Notes: generated from the letters alone by a model not told the origin. DNA of 64,000 nt from Octopus vulgaris (GCA_951406725.2 OX597826.1:17980001-18044000), one strand, 5' to 3'. Counted from the stretch's first letter, positions 27,801 through 41,089 are shown. Program-made: numbers and translations.

Positions 27801-29355
27801 TTAATAGTGGTTAATGGATAAATCCCAGAGATAATGTCTCCAACCGATTCATTCCAAATAGGTTATTGGTATTATTTAGCACATAAGCCTTTGCCTTTAT
27901 TGTTTGCTTTTTGCCTCAGAAAGTCACATTGCAATTGAATTCACCTCTAAACAATAATTTCCTTCCTGAAACACCTCTCGCAGCTTTTGTAGTTTTACTT
28001 AGTTCTGGTTTACTTAACACACTCCATGCTTTGTCATTCAATATAGTTATATCATTCCCAGTATCGAGTTGTAATCTGATGTTTGTTCCAGTTATTTTTA
28101 TGTTTACAGACTTTCTATGTATTTCATTATCCTTAATCATTTTCAGATACACTGAATACATTTTATTATGTTACCTGTATGCATCACTTTTAGATTCTTT
28201 CCTTATTTTTATGCAACAATGAGAATCCAAAAATATAACCTTGAAAACCACACTTGAAATATTTAAGTATTTTGAACGGACAGTCATACTGGTCATGTAT
28301 TTGACTGCATCTCATGCACAGATCCACTTTACACTTTCTAATGATTTTTTTGGGGCCTTATAGCCTGTATGTTTGATACATCATGTTCCTGTGTTCTCTC
28401 AGTGTCATGTTCAAGCTTTACTATGTTGGCAGTCTTCTAATATCTGTTGAAGAGTAATACCCTGGTTCTGTTCTAGCTTAGTCAATATCCTTGTGTGAAT
28501 TTCTGAATCCTGCTGTGTTATTAGTCCTTGAATGAATATCAGGCACTTAAACATATCCATTGTTAGTTCCTTTAATTTGAACTTTTCACACACACACTTT
28601 CTATTCTGATATATACAATGAAGTCATCCTCTACATTTTCCATCAAATTTAAACAGGACCATCTCATGCTGAACAAAGATCTTTTTTTTCACTAAGAATT
28701 TTTGATAGTGTGCTTATTCTGTCTTGAAATCATAAATCTCCAGTTTTGGGGGTACTATGTAATTAATATACTTTTCATGTTCCACTCATGCCAATTTTCT
28801 TTGCAAAAGTCTAGTTTTCTGGTGTTCTTTCCAGTCTGAACATTTATTCTTGAATATTTCCTCAAATCAATTACAATAAGCAGCAAATGTGACATCTTCA
28901 TCCAGATTATATCTAAATTCATCGATGAAGCTTGTCAATAAATCTAGTGTAAATGCATTTGTAGCATTTTTCATTTCCTTGAGGAGAATCTGTAAAACTT
29001 CCTATTGCTGCTTTTGCAACTCTATTGCAGCTGGTAGTAATTCTTCCATGATAAACAACAAGATGAATTTTTTGTTCTCATAAACAAAAAATATATAATT
29101 GACAATACTTGAATACTTCTTGACACCAACTGTTATATTGTCAGTGACGATATATGATGTGTGCGTATGCATAACAATACATCACAGTACCAAATATAAC
29201 TGTATAACAATAAGCAATGTAACAAGCGTTGGTCATCTTATTATAACTATTTGCATGATAACAATCCAATAGCCCCAACACAGAATCAATAACGAGATTA
29301 ATGCTCACACAGTTTGACGTCAATTGTCTATTGGCTCATCAATTTATGAGACTCA
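24864..29355 (-). mobile_element. Decayed Ty3/Gypsy LTR retrotransposon (Mag-like)
   Basis: Diverged direct LTR segments 24864-25088 and 29131-29355. PBS TGGTGTCAAGAAGT (tRNA-Leu-like) at 29128-29115; PPT AAAAGAGGAGA at about 25130-25120. Order gag, protease (LQLDTG), RT (LDLSDTY, YKRLPF), RNase H (YSQTEKEALA), integrase (HIDFAG, DNWTQF); many frameshifts. Confidence 0.92.
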
Positions 29356-29364
29356 GTCCCATGC

Positions 29365-29514
29365 AGGGGTGTCAGTTCTATCTGATAGACTTGTAGGGGT
29401 GCCATTTCTATCTGATAGACTTGTAGGGGTGCCAGTTCTATCTGATAGACTTGTAAGGGTGCCAGTTCTATCTGATAGACTTGTAGGGGTGCCAGTTCTA
29501 TCCGATAGAATTGT
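29365..29514. repeat. 30-bp minisatellite, 5 copies
   Basis: AGGGGTGCCAGTTCTATCTGATAGACTTGT starting at 29365, 29395, 29425, 29455 and 29485. Confidence 0.92.
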
Positions 29515-29915
29515 AAGACCCCTCTTCCAAAATTCACTTGTCTGTGATGAACAATACTCCTCCAGTACTGTTCTGACCTTGTCAACAGAATTCATAATTT
29601 TTCAGTCCAAATGATTTTGAAGATTGCAGAATAAATGATAATGAGATGGGGAAATGACTGGCGAATATGGTGGGTGGGGCATTGTTTCCTATTCAAACTG
29701 CTCCATCCTTTGGAATGTCATCCTTGCTGTATGTAGCTGAGGATTATCCTGATGGAAGTTTGTGAGGAACTCACTGACCCAATTTGCTGACTTTTCCGAT
29801 GGCACACAGGGGTCAGTGAATGGTTGAATGACCAATTCCAAGCTTCTCTGCTAGTTCCTCAATAATTACGATGGGATTTTATTCCACCAGGCTTTGCAGG
29901 ATGTCCTCATCTACG
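29495..29915 (-). mobile_element. Mariner transposase remnant
   Basis: FHQDNPQLH, HPPYSPVISPSHYHLF (YSPDLAP motif) and C-terminal FWKRGLTILSDR. Confidence 0.8.
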
Positions 29916-29984
29916 CTTGAATGAACATATCCTTTGTCAATTCACAAATGAAATAAAAATATCATGAAGTGAGATATTTCGTAT

Positions 29985-32640
29985 GTAAGCTGGAGTTAAT
30001 GTTTCCAGCTGGCATTGGAATGGAATATGGTCAAAATAAATATTTGAATTTAATTGTTGAACTCAGAACTCAGTACCCAAACCCAGAACCTGAGCATAGA
30101 GGGTCTCTGTATCTCTCCTGTTCAATACAAAGAATGCAACAAATATCTAGGTATTGATAAAAATATATCATATGAATAATATTCATGATATGTAGTTCAC
30201 AAATAGAATATCACCTCTGATATGTAAAAATATGACATTTGGAGCTCTCTTCTTACAACAAGCAATATCCCACAACACATTTGCAGTACCAGGGCTGATT
30301 CCAATATTCAGAATACTTGACTGGTGTGTAGAAGGAATTCACTCCTTCTATATTAAAACCCACAAAACCCTGACGTCACCAGAAGCAGTGATAATGGGAA
30401 GGTTTTCTCTAAGTAGGGACAAAGAGCATAGAAGATTGAAATCAGTGAAGACAGCCTTTGAATGTTGTACAGTATCTCTCAGACAGCATAAATTTAAACA
30501 ATAGCAGCAAAGATAAATATTTAAAGCTAGAGCTGAAAAGAGAAGATAACAACATCATACAAGTCAGCTGTGAATTCGTCAGAAAGCACTCTCTTTCTGA
30601 CGACATTCCATACAACCCTGGAACAACTGAACAAACATACCACAAAGAAGACATAAATGTGAAATGCTCAGCATACCAAAAATTGTCTACGCATGGATAT
30701 GTTTCCCAAAGACTTGAAGGTGACAGTAATATCCTTTCTACTATAAGCACACAGCCTGAAATTTGAGGGGAGGGGGATAGTTGATTATGTGCCACTGGTA
30801 CTTATTTTAACAACCCTGAAAGGGTGAAAGACAAAGTCGACCTCAGCAGAATTTGAAGTCAGAATGTAAAGACAGACGAAATGCCATTAAGCATTTTGGC
30901 CAGAATGCTAAAGATTCTGCTAGATTGCTGCCTTAAAAATGGCAGTAATATCAACAGCCTTTCATGGACTTGTGACTTTTGCATCACTTCATACTTCCAA
31001 GGCTGTGCGTTTGCAATCCAAGGACAGGAAATTGTCACAAAATGCCTAATAAGCAAAACAGACAGTAAATCTCTTGGAACCTCAAAATGCAACCAAACAT
31101 GTCAATTATGTCACATTTCTGTGGAAGACAAAGGCAATGTGACCAGTAGCTGCCCCTAAATATCATCAAGAAACTACTCTTCCAATGCAGCATAAAATTT
31201 CTAAAACAATATTCAATGCCACCCAGAGAAAAGACTGACCTGAGATAAAAATAGAGAATAACCTCTCTCTTCTTTACCATCACATCTATGCGCTGATCCT
31301 TGTTATATGTGACTATACCCTTGCACTTAACCATCTCTCTCTTGTTCTCTCTTGCATTTTTGCTGTTTTCCACTCACTCCATCTCTCTCTCTTTTTCCTC
31401 TGGCTGGGTAACCATGTGTCTCCTCTACAGCAGCACACCTATTTCCTGCCCTCATTTTTGATCACTCTCTCTCCCCTCTTGTTTATCCTTTAACTAGGTA
31501 ACCAAGTATCTCCTTTATAACAACATACTTGTTTCTGTCCCCTTTCTTGTACCTCTCTCTCTCCCCTCTTTCTCTCTCTCTCTCTCTCGCTGGGTAATCA
31601 TGTACCTCCTTTATAGCAAGACACCTGTTTCTGTCTCTCTATTTCTCTGTCACACTTTAACTTTTCATCATCTGACACCAGATCATCTCCTCCTCCAATA
31701 CCCGCTCTGTTATAGCAGGACACCTGTTTCTGCCTCTCTATCTCACTCTAACCTTTCATCCCCTGACACAAGCTCCCCTTCTCAAATACTCCTGCGCCTC
31801 TCAAAATTCCTTGTTTTGCGAGTTACTTGGTGACCCTGCCAGTGTTGGTATCGTGTAAAAAGTATTAAGTCCCCATTGAAAAGTGGTTGACATTTGGAAG
31901 GGCAATCATCTGTAAAAATCATGCCTCACCTGTGCTAGTGCTACATTAGAAGCACCGTGTCCACTTTGCTGAGTGATTAGTGTTAGGAAGGGTATCCATA
32001 TATAAAATCCCTGCCAAAATAGACACAGTAGCCTGGGGTAGTCTTCTACCTGGTTGGCTCTTGTTAACTGTCCTACCCATGTATGTATGGAAGACAGGCA
32101 TTAAACAATGAGGATAATGAACCACCCTCTTACTGAACATCAGCACAAGGAATGGTGGTGGAACAACCCCCATCAAAATTTCTACCAAGTGTAAACAAAA
32201 CAGGCCAGATATAGTTGTTAAAGAGATTAAAGAAAAACTAGGTACCATAAAAGAGATCTGCTGCTCTTCTGATGTTAATATCTCTTCAAAAATCAAAGAG
32301 AAATAGGATAACTATGGATAACTTCTTTGAAACCTTCAGCTTCTATACCCTGCTTATAAATTCACATTTATACCAATAATAATTGGTGCACTAGGTTATT
32401 TTAGTAAATGTCAAAGTGACAATCCGGAAGAGCTAGGATTTTCAGAAAAAGAAGTCAACAATCTAAAATTTACATTACAAGCCGCAAGTTGAACGGTAAA
32501 AATATGCAAGACTTTTCTTAAGTTCAAAATGTGACATTGTTTTTGTTATCAACATTACAATGAAGGAGCTTTGAATCTTTGTTAGAAGCCAGTTCTTTTC
32601 TTACAGGAAGAATTTAAATAATTATAACTAGAAGAGAAGA
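29985..32640 (+). mobile_element. 5'-truncated R4/Dong-like non-LTR retrotransposon with restriction-like endonuclease, interrupted by SINEs
   Basis: IGMEYGQNK, FRILDW...IKTHKTLT, FAIQGQEIVT, CQLC...SSCP (CCHC remnant), NRPDIVV...EIC...KIKEK*DNY, FIPIIIGALGY; followed by a (TACA)n array. Confidence 0.8.
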
Positions 32641-32685
32641 TACATACATGTGTACACAAATGATACATAAATATATGTGCATAAG

Positions 32686-33108
32686 TACATACATACATAC
32701 ATACATACATACATACATACACACATACATATACACATACATATACACATACATACATATATATATATACATACACACATACATATACACATACATACAT
32801 ACATACATACATACATACATACATACATACACACACATACATATACATACATACATACATACATACATACACACATACATACATACATACATCAATACAT
32901 CAATACATCAATACATACATACATACATACATACACACATACATACATACATACATACATACATCAATACATACATACATACATACATACATACATACAT
33001 ACACACACACATACATACATACATACATACATACATACATACATACATACATACATACATACATACATTCACACACATACATACACACATACACACACAC
33101 ACATACAT
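32686..33108. repeat. (TACA)n compound microsatellite
   Basis: About 420 bp of ACAT repeats with CA variants. Confidence 0.95.
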
Positions 33109-34149
33109 AAATGGTGGATATTAAATGCAGAATTAATAACAACTCCAATTCCAATGTAGTCTTTTTTGCTCATTATACACACAGTGGTTTCATATATACT
33201 GTTGCTATTACATACAGGATTAAGAATAACCAATGAAGCTTATTATATAATAGCTAATGCACACAGAATAAGTAAAAAGTCCATAGTATAGCAATACACA
33301 CACACACACACGTATATGTACACACACACACACATATGTGTATGTATACACACACGCACACACAGCAGACAGTATTTACCTAGTTGTCTGTAAAAATAAT
33401 TTATAGAAAGAGAATAATTTTGAAATAACTTGTTTAAAAAAGAGTTTTATAAATGAAATTGTATTCCCAAATGACAATGATGATGATAATTTTTTTTACA
33501 CAAGTGAACTCTAAAGATTTTGTTGAGACTGATATCAAAAATGCATAAGTGAAAATTAGAGAAAAAAGTATCTCCACTATTGCAAGTCAGACACTGCAAT
33601 GTCTAAATTTCTCAACTCTGACAGCAATTCTGAAAATAACAGTAATATATAAGAGAATGTTGGTAATTTAAAACTGATTAAATATTTTGAATACCAACAT
33701 AAATTTGTGCAAATGTGGAGTAACAACTGTATTTTATTTGAACAGAAAATACCGTATGATTATTGATTAAGTTTTCCAAGCATCAGGAGATCAGTTGTGT
33801 CCCAGATATGAAAGAGTTCATATAACAATATGAAATCAATGAAGGAGCAATCACAGACCAGCATACTTGCCCCCACCAACAATATGCCAGCAGTTAGTCA
33901 ATATATCTGTGCTTGAATGTTATTTGCATTTTAAGAAGTATCAAGCTCTTTGAAATTTAACCCTTTAGCATTTAGTCTGACCATATATGGCCCAAATTTT
34001 TTACCTGTTAAAACTCACCAGATCCAATCCCTCATACCTACCCTACAATGTCATTTTTTGAAATATACAAACACACCATCGAAATCTTGAAGCTACAAGA
34101 TAATGCACGATTAATTCAAAACAATGAAATCTGAATGCTAAAGGATTAA

Positions 34150-34480
34150 GCATCTCTGAGAGTGGCTTGTAGGAAGCGCCATCCAACCAAAATGCAAATA
34201 TATGGGAAACTACCACCTGTGTCATCTCTTGTGAAAGGTAGGAGAGTCCAGTTTGCTCTACAACATGTAGAGCTGAAGACGAGGTAATTTCTACTCTTCT
34301 CCTCTGGAAGCTATCTGCTTGCAATACCAGAGGGCACACACTCTCCTACCCTGATGTAATCTCCAGGGATACAGGCATCCAGCAACAGGACCTCCGTAAT
34401 GCAATGATGGACGGTGAAGTCTGGTGTAGCATGGTAAATTCCATTGTCTCGACCACGGTCGAACAATGATGATGATGATG
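34150..34480 (-). mobile_element. Probable LINE/SINE remnant (RTE-like)
   Basis: GC-richer block next to a (GAT)n tract; family assignment by recollection only. Confidence 0.3.
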
Positions 34481-35045
34481 CAGACCAAGTTAAATGAAAT
34501 TAAGCTTAAGAGATTGCGGTTTGGAAATTGGTGGAAAATAAGATGCAGTTTGAAGCTGACCTAAGTAGAAGGTTTAAAAAAGCTCATTCAGTCATTCATT
34601 CATTCATTCAAACAGACATACATACATATATATGAATAACATATATGAATTTTTTTATCTTTTACATGTTCGAGTCAATAGACCGAGACCATGCTAGGGC
34701 AACACCTTGAAGAATTTTAGCCAAACAAATCAACCTCAATACTTATTCTATCAGGTTCTTTTGCTGAACTGCTAAGTTACATGGATAGAAACTAAGCAAC
34801 ACCAGTTGTCAAGCAGTAGTGGGGGATAAACACAGACACAAAGATGCACCCCCTCCACACACACACACACAAACACACACACACAATAGGCTTCTTGCAG
34901 TTTCTTTCTACCAAATCTACTCAGAGGTGTTTGGTTAACCTGAAGCTATAGCAGAAGACACTTATCCAAGGTGAAAAGAAGTGGGACTAAACCCAAAATA
35001 ATTGGTTGGAAAGTAAATTTATGACCACACTCAAATATGTGTGTA

Positions 35046-35540
35046 TCTATACTATAAGGGAGAAAGCTTTTTATTAATTATGTATGTAACAATTACTAAA
35101 AGTACCAAAAGAAAGCAATTATTAAAGGGTTGACTGCCTGGAAATATTTTTATAAATTCATGTTCTGAGAAATTTCCTATAATTTTGATTTCTCAAGTTT
35201 CTTGAATTTTTTAAACTCCAATTTCTTGCAAATATTCACTGCATCCAATTTCTCACAAATTTAAATATTCATTGCATTCACTGTGGAGTATTCCATCTTC
35301 ATTTGCAAAGTCTCTCACTTTCTATTTTAAATTTTAATTCGCTATTTGGAAAACCGACAGTTTATTCTGTTAATGTATACATAATGTAAAAACCTTATTT
35401 ATAGAATGAAAATTTTTTTAAATACCCATATAATTTTTGAACGTGGATAGCTGTGAGAAGAGCCTAGAAAGGTGGGTAATTACTATTAAAAGACGTGGAG
35501 GAAAAAAGTTACCGACAAGTATTCAAAACTGGTACTTGAA

Positions 35541-35572
<32 letters not shown>

Positions 35573-37141
35573 CTCACTGACAAAACTTTGTTCTGCATCA
35601 CTTTTTTGAAGTTTTGTCAGTGAACAGGCTGCGGTTTGAAAGTGACGAAAATATTTTGACACAAATATAATTTTAATGTTACAGTGAAACTGGTAATACT
35701 TAAATACAGAGGTCCCTTAACTGTACTACTTAAATACAGAGGTACTACATAAATATAAGTGTTATATACAAAACATTTTAAATGTACACTGTGTGGACGT
35801 GTGATGACATCCTAACCCTAACTAACCCTAAAACTAACCCACCCCTTCATATCATTACATAGATGAATCGGGAGCCCTGCATTTAAGCAGGACCTCTGTA
35901 TTTAAGTAGTGCTGTGAAACTAATGGTTTTTGTGTGTTCTTGAATAGCTTACAAACATCTACACTGCAATTGTTTTTGTTTCAGCACATGATTTCAGATC
36001 AAGTCATTTGCTATGCAAGTACATCTCTGTAATTTTTTAAAATCCCTGTGAATAAATGCCATCAATGACTTTCTCAGGCTCTCCAATATTTTAATTTCTT
36101 AATAGAAACAATTGGAGGTAGGGAGTGGGGTTGCAAAAAATTCATAATTTCTCAAATTTTCTTTTTGATAGCATATAAATGTATTTATGGGGGGAAATAT
36201 TGAAAAACATCAATACATGCAAGACTGATAAAGAACTGAGGAGGGTTGTCTTTGGATGTGATAGAAACAACAGCCAAATCACCCCTAAATCACTCCCTCT
36301 GAAAATATTAACAACTTTAAAAATTTTTTTACCAAAAATGTTCTCATGGTTTTGAAGTGCAAAAAAAAAAAATTGGCCAAAATAGGTCCGGAGTGAGATG
36401 ATGAGAGTGGGGTGTAAAAAAAAGAGTTTTCAAAACTTTTTCATACGAAGAAGCCCCACAACCCCATCATTTTGAAGGCTGTGGCTTAAAAAAATGGGGA
36501 AAATCACTGAAAACATCTTCCCACAGATTTCTTTATAATCTATGCTGTTTGAAAGGGATTTGTATAAGTTTTCATTAAAGGATACCCATCTTCCTGAAAG
36601 TTTTGAGGGAAAAAAGTCAGATCGTTTGAATTTTCTGAAACTCCTCTCTCCACCCCCTCAGAAAAATTATTTCCTATAATATATATTCTTTACTATATAC
36701 TCTGAAGCCACAACATCTAAGCAGTATTTGTAGACAATTTTGTTAAAACGTATCCATTTTTCTGGATGTTATGAGGCAACAAATTCAGGGGCGTATACAT
36801 CTGTAGTAACACCCTTTTGTTTATACAAATTTTTCATTTCATGTTTATTTCATTCATTGTTTGCAATGTTCTCTCTCTCCTCCTCTCTAACCCCCCCCCC
36901 CACACACACACACTGCAAAGCTTACAGATGGGTTGTTGAATTGAAATCTCTATGTTGCTTTGAGAGGAAGATAAAACTTGACAAAATGCTTCCCCCTGTT
37001 GTTGGACTACTATGATGTTTGTTTAAAAAAGAGAGATTATGACTGTGATAAAATATAAAAATTATTTGAATTGGGAATCAAATGTGAGAATATTATCAAG
37101 TGGCTAGCAGAAAACTGCCCGACAGGCAGTCTTCCTGCTAG
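35046..37141 (+). mobile_element. Non-autonomous Helitron-like element with nested insertions
   Basis: 5' A|TCTATACTATAA at 35046; 3' hairpin ACTGCC...GGCAGT followed by CTAG|T at 37138-37141. Whether both ends belong to one element is inferred. Confidence 0.55.
35692..35913. mobile_element. Merlin-like MITE with telomere-like CCCTAA repeats
   Basis: About 24-bp TIRs (GGTAATACTTAAATACAGAGGTCC), 8-bp TSD GTGAAACT (35684-35691 and 35914-35921), internal cctaaccctaactaaccctaa. Confidence 0.7.
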
Positions 37142-37177
37142 TTTATATAATACAGATATATATATGTATAATATATT

Positions 37178-37209
<32 letters not shown>

Positions 37210-37280
37210 CATTCACAAACTCCCATAGACAACATGGACTAACTCTTCTTAAGAAAATAAGAAATTACAATAATTTCAAT

Positions 37281-37311
37281 GTCATGATTAATGAAAGTGA
37301 AACCGGTCGAC
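37281..37311 (+). ncRNA. Degenerate minimal hammerhead motif in a (TA)n-embedded fragment (37210-37465)
   Basis: GTC-ATGATTA-ATGAAAGT-GAAA-CCGG-TC-GAC; the core differs from CUGAUGA at 2 positions. Confidence 0.5.
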
Positions 37312-37477
37312 TAACTCAATACTCTTTCACTTATAAACTATATCAAAAAATATATTAAAACTATGTAAACTGTGTACATTTTTCTTCTTTTATTTTATAT
37401 ATATATTTCTTACATTACTACTCCCACGTGGGGATAATCAGAATTCTCTTCCTCACTTTTTCTTATTATATATATAT

Positions 37478-37790
37478 CACCGTGACCACTGTGACAGACC
37501 AGGTTATAAAATGTTGCTACACATCACTGGTCACAATGCGCTTCACATTGTTTTAGCCTTCAAATGATGCCACCCTACTGGCTAAGCGAGCAGGCCAACA
37601 GAAGAACGAGTGAGAGAAAGTTGTGGCGAAAGAGTAGAGCAGGGATCGCCACCAACCCTTGGTGGAGCCTTGTGGAGCTTTAGGTGTTTTCATTCAATAA
37701 ACACTCACAACGCCTGGTCTGGGAATCGAAACCGCGATCCTACAACCATGAGTCCACTGCCCTAACCACTGGGCCATTGCGCCTCCACAC
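37478..37790 (-). mobile_element. tRNA-derived SINE (related copies at about 57745-58060 and 17080-17200)
   Basis: Head GTGGAGGCGCAATGGCCCAGTGGTTAGGG with B-box-like GGTTTCGATTCCC. Confidence 0.8.
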
Positions 37791-37849
<59 letters not shown>

Positions 37850-37946
37850 ATATTCCTATATAAATGAGGATATGATCGTTATTTAAATAACGATCAAATC
37901 AAGTGGCAGCATGGGAAGGAAAAACCTTAGAGGTTATAATTATTAT

Positions 37947-38165
37947 TAAAATTATAAATAAAGGTATCTAAGAGATACCATCATGCTTGAAATAGCAGTC
38001 AAAACCTGACTCTAAAACCACATCATGTATTCAATACAGCATAAAGTGAAAAGACAAATAGATAAATGAACTAGTGAAAAACTGGATAATTCCAGACCCT
38101 GGGTTTCTGACTCTGTATAAAAATACTTTGCCTTTGTCAATGAAATATATCAAGAATTGTACATA

Positions 38166-38227
<62 letters not shown>

Positions 38228-38476
38228 CACACAAAAACATAAGTATTTGTATGTTTGTGTGTATATATATATGTAATTCTTGATATATTTCATTGACAAC
38301 GGCAAAGTATTTTTATACAGAGTCAGAAACCCAGGGTCTGGAATTATCCAGTTTTTCACTAGTTCATTTATCTATTTGTCTTTTCACTTTATGCTGTATT
38401 GAATACATGATGTGGTTTTAGAGTCAGGTTTTGACTGCTATTTCAAGCATGGTGGTATCTCTTAGATACCTTTATT

Positions 38477-38486
<10 letters not shown>
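37947..38486. mobile_element. Fold-back element (family D): 212-bp inverted arms (37947-38158 / 38275-38486) around a CA/TA spacer, with degenerate hammerhead at 38282-38348
   Basis: Arms nearly identical. GATATATTTCA-TTGACAA-CGGC...GTCA-GAAA-CCCAGGG-TC-TGGAATTATC. (TA)n flanks. Confidence 0.85.
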
Positions 38487-38528
<42 letters not shown>

Positions 38529-39879
38529 AAGAAAGAGGAGCTAGTCAAGATTTGGATAAAAAATAATTTATCACTTTTGTTCTGTATAGGGATTTATCAT
38601 GAATGATTGCTCATAGAAAATTCATACCTTTTATATACATGTGAGTTACTTGAAAAACTTACAACACACACACACACACACGCACACACACACATACACA
38701 TACACACACACTCACACACACACACAGAGCCTTACAAGCACATATAGATTCAAAATGACAAAGAACCACTCAAATAACCACTCCCAAAACAACCTTTTCC
38801 TAAAACTCAAGAAAACAATTCAACTCCAGATCTTTTTTCAATTAACTCGTATATATTTATAATTGGTTTGAATTTTCTATAAGAAATCATGAATGATGAA
38901 TCCTTAAAAGACATGAAATTGGTAAATAAATGTTTTTTTATACAAATCCTTATTACCCCCTTTTTCTTAATGTATAAAATCTACACACCAATTCAAACAA
39001 TCTATACATCATCATCACTTAACATCCATTTTCCATGCTTGGGTTGGATGGTTTGACAGGCGCTGGCAAGCCAAAGAACTGCACTAAGTTTCACTTTCTG
39101 TTTTGGTAAGGTTTTTATGATTGGATGTATATATGTGTTTGTGTGTGTGAATCTATATGTATAAATATGTATAAATGCAGAAAGAACAAAGTTTGACTAA
39201 TATAATTTACTTTAACACTTTAGATGGAGAAAAAATTTTAGCAGTTTGGACATTGAGAAAGAAATAGTAAGAGAGTTTAGAGAGAGAGATAGGGAGAATA
39301 CGAAAAAGGATGAGAGGAGATAGGATGGAGGTGGGAGGTGTTCTAATGGGGATGAGCAATAAAAAAGGGTGGAAGGAATGGATGTGTAGATCCACGGAAG
39401 AAAGCATAGGAGAAAGTGGCTTGTGAGTGTCTGTGTGATGTATGTATGAGTATAGATGTGTGTAAGATGGAAGTACTGAGGTGCTGGTTAGTGAGGGGGG
39501 GTCAATTGTTAGTGGAGTAGTGTGAAAGTGTATGTGAAGATGTAAGAACCTGGATGTGTGTGTGGGGGGTACGTGAGTGAGAGAGAGAGAGGGAGTGAGA
39601 GAGAGAGAGGGAGAGAGAGAGAGAGAGAGGTATTGATGAAGCACATAAGATTGCAAAAGCCAGGTGGAAAGTGTTATTGATGTGTGTGCAAAAGCATAAA
39701 CAAAATTAGGCTGGAAAAGTGTTTTTCCAGGCATCTGACCTTGGAACAAAGAGAGAAGGTTAACGTTATAATTCAAAACTGAGGGGAAAAAGTCTAAGAT
39801 TGAAACAGATGCAGCTAAATAGATTTTAGTGGAGCCACAAAGTTTGTGAAAACAGAAATCATTAAAGCAAATTACTTAC

Positions 39880-40071
39880 ATGGAACACATTTGGCTGATT
39901 CCTTAGCCCAGGTTGATGAAGGAAGACAATGGTTTATAGCATCTCCAACTAATTGATATCCACTTGCACATTTTGTCAGGCAAAAGGTGTTCACAGGAAC
40001 AGTGCTATTTTGACAAATGGTTGGCTCAAAAGTGGCATGAGGGGTGATACCCATGTTAGGACATGATTTGG
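39880..40071 (-). CDS. Host gene exon: Sushi/CCP domain
   Basis: TTTCATTTCAG acceptor, GTAAGT donor, 192 nt, phase 1-1. AKSCPNMGITPHATFEPTIC...CLTKCASGYQLVGDAINHCLPSSTWAKESAKCVP. Confidence 0.92.
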
Positions 40072-40891
40072 CTGAAATGAAAATAGTTATTTGAAGTTAA
40101 ATACACCAGATATTTTGGTGAAGGAAATAAAAAAAAATGAAATTTTAAGAAAGTAAGAATGTTGTCAGATTGCTTCCATTGTTTTCCTTCTTCTATTCTT
40201 CAGCTTTTATTTTCCCATGACATTCCAATTTCTATTATTTCCCACATCTTAATATCAAGAGTAAAAGAAAGGTTTTATTAATATCAGTTCAATACCTTGC
40301 TTATGCACCATTTAATAACTTGGTAGCTTTCTAACTTGGATGCTGACAACAGCTACTGTTAAATTGACCCGGCAATGAGTTGATCTAGCAATGAATTAGC
40401 TTAGCGATGAGTTTACCAATGATGAACTGACTGAACACCACAAACACAATATTCTAAAAGAATGTTCCAGATTTCTCTCTTTCGTAAGGCATGTCATTTA
40501 CCAGCATCTATCAGACAAATACAGCAGACATTTGACAGCATTATACTAACTTGTTCCACTTCAGCTGTGGCAAATCTAGTTTCATCTTACTTTTTTTTAT
40601 ATATAACTTACTCATTGCAGGCTATCCCCCCCACCCATCTTTCACAATCATACAGTATCATTACCTTTAGTATTCCTTCATTATATACAGAATCACAATT
40701 CTGACACAGCATCTTTTACTCTATCCATTCTTCCTCACTCATATCAAATCCCTTATATCCACAGCTCATACCAAACACCATAATACATCACAAACAATCC
40801 AACTTTCAGCAACAAAAGAGAATTTACATTAAAAAAAACATCTTTTTATGATTGGCAAAATATAATTGAAAAAAACTAGTTGTATATTCAC

Positions 40892-41089
40892 CTGCACATG
40901 TTGCTTGTTTCTGAGACCAAGACCCATTTAACAAACATTTTACAGACTTTGTGCCATTAACTGTGTAACCTTTCAAACACTTCACCTTGCATACAGTTCC
41001 TGGTTTTATACCAGTTTCATTAGGGTATTGACAAGAGGCTGGTATTAACTGACCATTTTCTGGAAACACCAAGCTTGGACAATGTGATG
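40892..41089 (-). CDS. Host gene exon: Sushi/CCP domain
   Basis: AACAG acceptor, GTGAAT donor, 198 nt, phase 1-1. ASHCPSLVFPENGQLIPASC...GTVCKVKCLKGYTVNGTKSVKCLLNGSWSQKQATCA. Confidence 0.92.

Noticed and set aside
29365-29514. CRISPR-like regular 30-bp repeats
   Set aside because: Head-to-tail with no spacers, in a eukaryotic context and with no cas genes.
35810-35840. Telomere or chromosome-fusion scar
   Set aside because: Only a few degenerate CCCTAA units, internal to a TIR element.
38525-38965. Diverged inverted repeat with ATGATGA...GAAA-TTGG-TA near 38890-38930
   Set aside because: Probably an older fold-back element, but too decayed to support stems or boundaries.
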